From Amoebidium appalachense (lineage: Eukaryota; Protista; Ichthyosporea), in contig CAVNZM010000008.1 in assembly GCA_963693365.1 (NCBI GenBank), forward strand, positions 8,312,818-8,376,817: a stretch of 64,000 nucleotides of DNA, written 5' to 3'. A program made the position numbers and the translations under genes. Under the pieces are notes generated by a model. The model was not told the origin of the DNA and ran no database searches. It saw only the letters and a list, made by a program, of their open reading frames with translations. Below, in pieces: positions 34,923 to 64,000 of the stretch; the first letter of the stretch is position 1; each line of letters begins with the position of its first letter.

Positions 34923-34933
34923 AAAAAAAAAAA
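34923..34933 (-). terminator. Pol III oligo-T terminator of tRNA-Arg
   Basis: T run on the minus strand directly 3' of the tRNA. Confidence 0.8.
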
Positions 34934-34934
34934 T

Positions 34935-35008
34935 CGACCGCGGCAGGACTCGAACCTGCAATCTCCTGATCCGTAGTCAGGTGCCTTATCCAATTTGGCC
35001 ACGCGGCC
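34935..35008 (-). tRNA. tRNA-Arg (anticodon ACG)
   Basis: GGCCGCGTGGCCAAATTGGATAAGGCACCTGACTACGGATCAGGAGATTGCAGGTTCGAGTCCTGCCGCGGTCG: acceptor stem, anticodon arm CCTGA-CTACGGA-TCAGG, T-loop TTCGAGT, followed by an oligo-T Pol III terminator. Confidence 0.97.
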
Positions 35009-37212
35009 GTTGATGTCCCGTTGGCCTGTTAAAAATTCTTAAACCTTATATAGGACTACCGGTATTGTCATCAGGTCTTGCTTCATGTATAGACACGTCA
35101 TCATTCTGTTAGCACCAGCCAGCGTGTTTCCCCGGGAAGTTTGTCGAGTTGCAATTGTGCTAAGACTTGCATTTTGGGCAATAATATTAGCAGGTAGATG
35201 TTAGCACGTGAGGTCTTCAGTATGTATCAGCTTCAGGATCGGGACAGTGCAATTGTGTGCATTTATCTTGCCAACTTGTTTGCAACCACAGGTGTGCTGG
35301 TCATAAAAACACCTGCTTCAGTTTGGCTTTGAAGTGTTGTTACAACACGTACAGATGTGAGATTTGAATACGGCGGGAGAAACGCAAAGGCGGCTTCTGG
35401 GAGGCAGCGTTGAGAAAAGCATAGACGGTACGGCATGGCATGCAATGCCATGTTTGTTTTACCAGGCTGTGGCACACAAGAAGGGAAAGAACGTTGTCAT
35501 AAAGGAGAAACACTCCACAGAAGAGGATTGCCGATGTGCCACCTCAGGGCGTTTCTAGCCTGGTTTCCGAAAGCATGACGAAGGCACATGCTCTCAGTCT
35601 AATATTGCACTTACCACGTGTGTCGATCTTAGCTAAAGATGGCTCTGAGAGCTTGTTATGCCTGCAAGTTTTCACTTGTGCTTGTGTGTGTGTGGCTTGA
35701 AAGGCATCCGTGTATGATACCGTTCAAGCTAGGGGAGATCTTTGAACATACTGTAAGCCTTTCCACTTCTGCCTGCGTACAGCGTGTGTAGTATTCGTGG
35801 TATATGCAGGGATGACCTGCAAGGGCGCTATACTGTGATATGCCAGAATGCACATGTGACGCAAGTTGCGTATGTCTGGAGACTGTGCATAGTATGTCCC
35901 CCACAGTTAGCAATACATACCCGGTCGCACAGAGTTGCTTGAAAGAGTGTTCGCGCGTATTCTTGTATTGACACCGTTCACCGTTCAAGCACGGTGTGTT
36001 TGTTTGAAAACTCGGCATCATAAGATATGGAGTTGTGAAGTTATGGAGTTGTGGGTTTGCATGTACTCCACGTTAAAGACGCTGTTTCGTTCACACACAT
36101 CTTATGTGTGTACGCCTTTATTGTTCCATTGGTGTGAAGTTGACACTTCGTTCAGAAATCTATGTGCGGGCATGTGCCTTTCAAGGCACCGTACACAAGC
36201 AAGTAAACAAGAGTGAATGCTCATCATATCGAATGGTACGTTAAGGGGTTCATAATCCGTTTTTGAAATTGAAACAAAAAAACAGCATCTTCATTGAATA
36301 TTGGGTCATGGTGCTTCTACTTTTAGTTCTGTCAACATCATCAAGTGGGCGGAAAGGAGACGCCAAATGCAATACAACGGCATTATACACGTATTGTGGG
36401 AACCTTGTTGACCGCCTACGGATCCCCATGCCACCCTCCGCCAGACCCAGTGGATATATGAGGAGGTGCAAAACTGTGTCTGAGTAAAATGTGTACCAGA
36501 GTCCACACAAATCTTCCGCCTTTGTGTTGGGGTTGTCCCTGATATGGGGGGAAAAAAACACTCTACGTCACAGTCTCAACTTGTTTTCTTTTCGGCCGAC
36601 CCGTGGACCGGGGAAACTTGGTCACGGTGCAGAAACAGCCAATCGACAAGAGGTGTCAAGTCAAAATATGATTGGATGCAACTGTCTCGTAAATCGGATT
36701 GGATCATAAATCACCAAATAGCGGGAAAGTTGGGGGTTTCAACGGGTGCTTTTATCCAATCAAACGCGATTTCAAAATATCGAAGTGTCTGCAGTAGTGG
36801 CGCCGCTGCAGCCTGCAAACACGAACTTTATAGCTGCCGGAAATTGTCAAAATAGTTGCACAGCATTACTAATAATTTATTAAAAAAAACAATTTATTGT
36901 TCTGTATAGGATAATGATTGGATATCTATTACATTTTATTCGATGAGTAACTATTTGTTGGCCACTCATACATGTATTCGAATCTTGGTGTGCATCTAAG
37001 AGATTTGATTGGCGCATTATCAGGATTCAACGTGATCCACTCTGTAATACAATACGCGGACACACATCTGCTGAAGCCTCATAAACTTCAATTTCTGACG
37101 GTGTCTTGGCTCTGTTGTTGGTGCCTTTTTCGCTCGTAGTTGCAAAATATCTAACTAGCTTTCCTCATTTCAGGCCAGCAAATAGACACATTGGCGCTCT
37201 AAAATTACCAAT

Positions 37213-37326
37213 ACCACAAATACAACAATCCCTTTTCGTTACCTTTTTGCGTTTCAAGTAACAGTCGGGACCACAAATACAACAATCCCTTTTCGTTACC
37301 TTTTTGCGTTTCAAGTAACAGTCGGG
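37213..37326. repeat. 57-bp tandem duplication upstream of the membrane-protein gene
   Basis: accacaaatacaacaatcccttttcg...aacagtcggg at 37213 and 37270. Confidence 0.9.
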
Positions 37327-37420
37327 TTCATTTTATCCACCCATCTGTCCTTTAGTTTCCGGAATCTTCACCTATTGAAATCAACAACCTGAAAACAAGA
37401 CAAAGCTTCAAACAGCAAAT

Positions 37421-39818
37421 ATGAGACATTTTGCCGAGCTGGCGGCGCTGTTGGCTCTTGCCAGCAACGCGCAAGCTGCATTTCTCCCGCCGTCCGGGCC
37501 AGCCACCCCGCAGGCCTGTGTGAATGCTGGGTGTGAACTGCTTATGTAAGTGCACCTTCGACAGTACACCCCCTGAGCTAATACTGCCTAACGTGATTTC
37601 CACCGCTTGCATCACACAACCACGAAAGGATGCGTGTTAGTGACTACACTGCCATGTTATTTTTTTGTTGTACTGTTCTTGGAAGAAACAAGCAGCCCTT
37701 TGTTTCTTTGACAGCACATACATTGTCATGACGTATGTCCTCCTGTTAGCTCACATGTTTTGTGTTTTTTTAACCCTGCAGTGGTGTGATCGACACCAAC
37801 GACAAAGACCTTCTAACCACCCGCGCCTTCAACACCGGGCGCCGCCTGCGCGCTTTCTACTCCGGCCCCCCGAACTCCCAGCTAGCTCTCTACCGCGTTG
37901 AAAAGGACGGTAGATACGCACTCATTCAAGGATCCGCCGAGCCCGCTACCCCAGCAGAAGTCGTTTCAATCGTTCAATGTGTCGAGGGAGGTGCCTCATA
38001 TGCATGGGCGGTGCATGCCGAGGAGACGAACGGTAGATACCAAGTGTGGTTGGCGGAGGCAGAGGGGCCGGAGGCGTGCCAGAGACTGGGACCCGGTGCA
38101 CCCCCCTCTAAGATAGTTCAGTACATCAGTGCTAAGGAGCTCGAGGTGGAAGATATTCCTATTGGGGTGGCGGTTGTCTCGGCACAGAATGACAAACCGA
38201 ACCTAATTCCAGTAGGTGTCGCTCCTGTTGTCGAAAACTCCGCCGGCAAAGGCAAAGTGGATGTGCCCTCGATTGGTGTTGTGTCCGTTTCAGATGATGA
38301 TGGTGATGACATCGTTGATACTCTGCAAGACGATATTCCGGTCGGTGTGGCGGTTCTTGGGCAGAAACCAATCATTCCCGAGGTTCAGCTCACCTTCCCA
38401 TCGTCTTCTTCCGCCGCCGCTGAAACCGCCGCACCCGTCAAGTCGGTCGTGCCGGAAGTGGATTCCGCACCGATTTCCAAGGCGCCAACATCAGCGCAAG
38501 AAGAACCCAAGGCAGCGGAATCGACAGTTGGGAGCGGTGATCACGCTTTCCAGCTGGCAACATGGGCGATCGTTATGGTTGCTGTGTCCGCTGGGCTCGT
38601 TTTGGCATGTTGTTCCTTAGGGTTGGTTGTGTGCTTGTGCCGCCGCCGCCGTGGATATTACAGACACAGGTCGGATAGGGAGGCGGCGATGGTTGCACCT
38701 TTGCCGTCCGCCGGAGGGAAGCAAAAGAAGGGCAAGTACAACTTCAAGGCAAGCAGGACACCTCCCATTGAGCAGGCACCGGCATGGAGCCTCACTCCCA
38801 CAACTGAGTAAGTGGCTCTCTCATCTTTCTGTCGGCTTCTTTACATGCAAAGATGATATGGTTGATTTATTCTCTTCCGCATTTTTAAGGATCATACACA
38901 ACTTCCGCTGACAGAAAATCAAAGGGAAGTAGAAGAATAATTTTTTTTTTTTGGAAAAAAAAATAGCACACAAACATGGCATTGGGCATATATTAACCTA
39001 TGCTCTACTCCTACAGGCGCAAGAAGAGGGACAACGATATGTCCGAACTCGACAAATCCTTTACCGGTCTAAGCTACGGTGGGATCGCCGGCGAGCCAGG
39101 CCACGATGACACCGCCATGTACACCTACCCACCCTCCCTGGCCGTGCGTGACGTTAACGGTCTTGCCCCTCCCTCCTACTCCAGCGGACTTTCCCCCCTT
39201 TCTCCCCTCTCTCCAATGAGCGATCAAGGGACCGGCTCCAACACGAATCAGAAGACATTCCGCCAATGGTCCGACCCGTTGGGTGGTCCCAAACGGGCCG
39301 GGTCGGGTCGTGGACGGGCCAGCCCGGACGCCGAGGTGAACTCTCAGGCGTGGGAGAATATCGATTTGGATCGGGGGAGCAGTGAGAGCTCCGAAACGGA
39401 TGACGTTGCTGCTGCCCTGGTTGAGCATGACTATGTTGCGAGGTGTGTAATAATACCCCCCCCCCCCCCCAAAAAAAAAAAAAAAAAAAAAAAGAGAGAG
39501 AGAGAGAGAGAGGGGGGGGGGGGGGGGGGGGGGGGAGAGAGAGAGAGAGAGAGAGAAAAGATGAGTGTTGTAGGAGGGAGAATGTGGTGATAAGAAAGGT
39601 AAATTAAAGACGAATAATGTTGCAGGTTCATAAGAGACGGATATCAAAAGGTTGCTCTTTGTTGTTGTGGGGGTTTGGTGCATGTGATATTCGTTCAACG
39701 GGGAACAATTAGCTAACAGCAATGATCTTTTCCCTACAGACGCCACTCGGTCCACCCTGGGAGCACCGGCCGGGTAACACTTTCCAAGAAGTCAAAGAAG
39801 CGCTTTTCCCTCGTCTGA
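37421..39818 (+). CDS. Uncharacterised type I single-pass membrane protein, 4 exons (37421-37545, 37782-38807, 39017-39442, 39740-39818)
   Basis: Signal peptide MRHFAELAALLALASNAQA; GT-AG junctions all phase 2; TM WAIVMVAVSAGLVLACCSLGLVVCLC followed by RRRR; Ser/Pro-rich tail ending ...KRFSLV*. The last exon is less certain. Confidence 0.75.
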
Positions 39819-41110
39819 TTGGTCGACAGCGTCATTTTTATCCAATCAAATTCTGTCCCCAATAGCTACAAATAAATAATAAATGCAGCTGCCATTGAAA
39901 ACATAGTATATGCATACATATAAGGACTTGTAACACATGCATGCATATCCTATAAGTCCTGCCGTACCAGCTTGTCGGCGTATGATTCATTCCTGTTAGT
40001 GTGGTTTCCTCTTAGTGTAGCCCGGTTTTCTTGCATAATGTAGTTTTATAGAGTATAGAGTGTAGGTTTTTTTTATACAGTAGTGTAGGTTATTGGTTTA
40101 TAACCGCGCACATTAGCGGCTGTATATGCCTGGGCGGCCATGTCATTAGAAAATAGCGTATACCTCTTCGTTATTTTCTGTCACATGTCTAGAAATGAGA
40201 GCTGGTCTCCCATAGAAATGAGAGCTGGTCTCCCACAGCAGACACTGTGCGCCTGTTGATGCTGATCAATACAACAACAATGCCTGATTTTAAAATCAAC
40301 ATCATGATATTATTAGAATCAGCTAAAACTCCAATTTTCCGAATTTCGGCATTTTCTGGATTTAGGATTTTTATTTTCATCCTTTCTCTTTCCTATTCTT
40401 AGAGTACTATGTTAATACAACAACAATGCCTGATTTTAAAATCAACATCATGATATTAGATTCAACAATGCATGTTCGAAATTCATTACAACAGCAAGGG
40501 CTCCCAATTTAATAATGCGAAAAATCCCCACTAAGTCCTATACAAAGCAATGATGCAATAACCTTTAGAATAACTCCCTCATAATACAGTCTCGTCTTTG
40601 TAACACCCCCTCAACAACACCAACACTCAAATACACTGAAAACCAGAACCGCCCTCCGATGTGCAGTGCTTGTTCCCCCACGTTCCCCCTCCCCCCCGCC
40701 CCTTCTCTCCTCCTCCTCTCCTTCGCCATATTTTCCCGTACACAACAAAAAATGCAAACGCCGAACAGCGAGCACGCAACGTACACACTCAGGTGCACGT
40801 GTCGTGCACGTGCACGATGTGTACAGACTCGACGTATATATGACGTCACACATGGTATCAGTGCACCGGTCTGCCTAAGCCTTAGGTCCGTTCTCAGCTC
40901 CGATGGATGGGCGGTGGCGGGCGGGGGGGGGGGGGGGGGGGCTGCTCTAAAATATGCCATGGGGCTCGAGCTCACCGTGTGCGTGTGTATGACTGTGTGT
41001 GTCTTATGTGACAATGTATGACTGTGCACGTGGGTACCAGTACCGTTGATCATCATGAAAACATCGCCGTGTCCACGGCGTGTGTGTGTGCCCAGTGTTT
41101 CCAGTGTTTT

Positions 41111-41153
<43 letters not shown>

Positions 41154-41157
41154 CTTT

Positions 41158-41203
<46 letters not shown>

Positions 41204-41458
41204 TTGATGTCTAGATCTACAGTGACTCCCGAGTACTGGCCAGATGGTGTTGCTGTGCTACCACGCTTGTGTGAACGGTTCGAGTTCGATATGATTGTGG
41301 GTTATAATATGTTGCATGCATGCGCCTAGGCACCACAATTCCGAAGACCGGCGGACTGATGTGACATACAAATCTCTGTGCTACTGAGTAGCAAGCAGGT
41401 CCGGCAGGTCCGGAAAAGGACATTGTTAAACAGGTGGGCAAGCAGGGGGGATGTGCAT

Positions 41459-41489
<31 letters not shown>

Positions 41490-41527
41490 GGAAGGGGGAG
41501 GGGGGATGTGTGTGTGTACATGTGTGT

Positions 41528-41558
<31 letters not shown>

Positions 41559-41899
41559 GGGGGGGGAGGGGGGGGCAAACTCGATCGGGGGGTTTCTTTG
41601 AAAACAAGAGTTTTTGGGTTCATCTTTTACTTGATTGCTTAGATAATTAATTCTATATATTCATGTATATTTTTGTCTATACTTTACCTTAGGCTGGTAT
41701 AGTGTTCGTTTTCGGCCCCACCAGCCAGATATATCTACTGGTGCCAGCAGCTAGGCAGCTTATTTACGTTAGTACTGAATGGAGCACGAAAGACCCCACA
41801 CAAATTACTACGACACATCACATTGTATAACCAATGTCGGCCATTATCACTAAAAAAAAAGGCAGTTACTTGCCTGCCACTGGCCAGCAAATATACGGA

Positions 41900-41970
<71 letters not shown>

Positions 41971-42058
41971 ACCACCACCAACACCGCCTCCATTCCACCA
42001 CCTCTGTCTCCATCCCGTATCCCCCTCTTGAAAGTCCGGATCCTGCGAACAAGTCCGA

Positions 42059-42113
<55 letters not shown>

Positions 42114-42463
42114 GGCCCCCTTGCCCCCCGCGGTCTTCCCCTTTCCCTAGCCAGGTACAAAAGGCAGTGATTTCATAACGTTAACTTCAGGTGTGGTTGG
42201 TTGCCCGTCGGCATGGTATGGCTGGACTATCATAGAACGGACTTTATTAAAATTTTATTTTAACTTTAGTAGTGGTTACGATATACTCCGCTTCAATCAG
42301 GCTTTCGGGCTTAAGTATGCAGGGTGGGAAAAGGTACCTCGGCCGGCATGCTAGGCGCAAAATGGTCGTGTGTGTAGTGTTTGGTCGTGTAGTTACGCAC
42401 AGACCGTGTGTGTATACGTGTGTGTGTGTTTTTACATGTGTGCCCGTCACCGTGTTAGAGTGT

Positions 42464-42494
<31 letters not shown>

Positions 42495-42648
42495 CTGTTT
42501 GCGTGTCAGTGCATGTGGCTATGATTCGCTTCTGTCACGATGTAGGGTTCGAGTGTTTGGTCCTGCGGAAGTTTATACACAAGCACGTGTCTCATACTTG
42601 TCATTCATTACTGCACTTACACTCCCCCCCCCCCCCCCCCCCCCCCTC

Positions 42649-42696
<48 letters not shown>

Positions 42697-42826
42697 AAAA
42701 AAAAAAAAAGAAAAAGAAAAGAAAAGAAAGAAGGAAAGAAAGAAAAAAATACAACAACAACAACAACAACAACAAAAAAAAAATCATACAAATGCATACC
42801 TCCTTCTCTCACCACCCCCACACTTT

Positions 42827-51396
<8,570 letters not shown>

Positions 51397-52710
51397 CTTG
51401 AAAGAGTGCCAGTTTGCAGTACACCGGGAGATGAGGGCTCTCTTGATCACGAAAAATTTGATGTTCCTAATGTTTGCAAACTTTTTGCTACGCACGTTCA
51501 GGCAGAGGGGAAAGTGTGGGTTGCCCGAGATACTCTGAGATCCAGTGACTTATTTAACAAATTTCACTGTACAGCCCTTCCCCACCTAAAGAACACTCCA
51601 CTGAGGGAAACAAACGACCCGACATTTAGCTGGCCGACATGCACCCTAGACTCAATAACATGCAATATTACGCTTTTTGCGCAAATGTTCCCGCGCGATC
51701 ATACTTACATCCAATCACAGTGGCTGACATTCTCTCCCTATACCCGACCTTCAAGCTTCAAGTTGAACTTTTTGCACGTGTACAGTATGGCAGAGTCAGG
51801 CTTGTACGTTAACAGGGACTATTGTAATGAAAGTGCATAATTAGATGCTATGGACTTCCCTGATATCTGGTGTTTGCCTGAGTAGCTGTTTTAGTTCTCC
51901 TGCTGGAACCTGTAGGGTAGCTTTACCGGATCTTTAACCGCGTGCATAGGGTTTAGGTCACACACCACAGGTTTTGCCTTCATCATCTCAAAGGTCGACC
52001 TGCCACCTCTCGGAAAAGGTCTGAGCGGAGAACAGTCAGTGATCCTTAATTTGGTTGCCTTTCTGATGTTCAATACTAATTCTCAGCTCCGTGGTTTTGT
52101 GTGTGTGTGTGTGTGTGTGTGTACACCCTTGTTATACTCTCTGCTAGTATAGGCCTGACACTACAGTAGAAGGTTCGGAATCCGTTTTTGTACTTTACCC
52201 CCCCCCCCCCCCCCCCCCCCCCCTCCCCCCTCCCCTCCCCGGCTCCCTCATCGGTTTCAGCTTCTCTTCATTCATAATGTTATACAATTGATGCATTTTA
52301 TCTCCTGCACTTTGAGACACACTAACTAGCCACCTTTCCTGCATTCCACCTTCAAAAACGCTCGTGTGTGCCCCCCGTCTCTTATCCCTCCCTCCCCCCC
52401 CCCCCCCCCCCCCCCCCCACCCCACCCCCTCCCCCCCCTCCCCCTTCGCAGTTTCACATCTCTCTTCATTCAACTCCTTTCCGGCAGTAGCTCTTAATGG
52501 CCTGAACTTTTTGGTTCGAAAGAATAGGCCACAACCTGCAAAACCTGTCTCCCACGGCCACTTCAACACCACTTTCCATTCCAAAAACTTTTTTGTGTGC
52601 TTTCCCCTCTTTCTTTTTATTTTTTTACTTTGACCCCTTCTCCTGTCACCTGTGTTCATGACATCATTCTGTTATGTTTTCGTGAGCTTACTGAACGTGT
52701 TTTGTGTTAG

Positions 52711-63445
<10,735 letters not shown>

Positions 63446-63933
63446 GTGTGAATTCTTTTATTTATTTTTGAATTAATTTAGTATCAATTAATATCCTCTA
63501 ATTTATTTTATGATCATTTGATATCACACAATACCCTCTGATATCTCTTAAAATATTCATCTAGTAATATCCTTTGATTTATTTTATGATCATTTGATTA
63601 TCACGCAATGCACTCGGATATCCTTTAACATTGTTTCTTGTCCTTTAATATACTTTTATTTCCTTTAATTCGTATCACTTTTTATCCCTTTCGAATAAAA
63701 TTGAGCTCTTAGTGGATAGGACAGTTCCTTTTGAGTACTTAAGCGCAAAAAGTACACGATTGCAATGTTCTTGTCTCGTCTGTTTTTGGAAGATTCCAAG
63801 TTCCTCTGTATGCCTGTCATACATGCACCGGTTCTACATGCTACATACACACACGTGTGCTTGCACATACATGGGCACATGCACACCCGTCCATGCTACC
63901 ACACACACACACACACGCACAGGCGCGCGCGCA

Positions 63934-63989
<56 letters not shown>

Positions 63990-64000
63990 CCCTACCTTTT

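Noticed and set aside
35364-35558. Kinase-like fragment (AVAHKKGKNVVIKE)
   Set aside because: No Gly-rich loop, HRD or DFG motifs, and no linkable exons.
36250-36561. Non-LTR retrotransposon relic (YPLGLAEGGMGIRR resembling LPxxxGGLGIR)
   Set aside because: A single short motif with no RT core motifs in the flanking frames.

Overview
Eukaryotic, intron-rich DNA packed with microsatellites and homopolymers ((CA)n/(GT)n, (GA)n, poly-C/poly-G). Most ORFs in the supplied track are artefacts of these repeats. Hand-splicing with GT-AG sites and reading-frame checks gives six protein genes: two tandem GT34-like type II membrane glycosyltransferases (minus strand; the first runs off the left edge), a ~26-exon coiled-coil gene resembling the centriole protein CEP152/Asterless (+), an orphan type I membrane protein with a PPC-like ectodomain (+), RABGGTB (-), and a divergently transcribed DBP7/DDX31 DEAD-box helicase (+, runs off the right edge). 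There is also one tRNA-Arg(ACG). Non-autonomous DNA transposons include a 400-bp hAT element with an 8-bp TSD and several TTAA-flanked Kolobok-like MITEs, one carrying a 23-bp micro-insertion. The most unusual signals are: (1) a multi-copy ~165-bp intronic element with a fixed 3' end running into poly-C, variable 5' ends, and sense orientation to its host gene; (2) recurrent intronic 'echo' copies of exon ends whose differences are enriched for synonymous changes; (3) introns bracketed by (GU)n at the 5' end and (CA)nCAG at the 3' end. Gene content suggests a holozoan, possibly a unicellular relative of animals (inference only). All homology calls are by eye from remembered family motifs; no searches were run.
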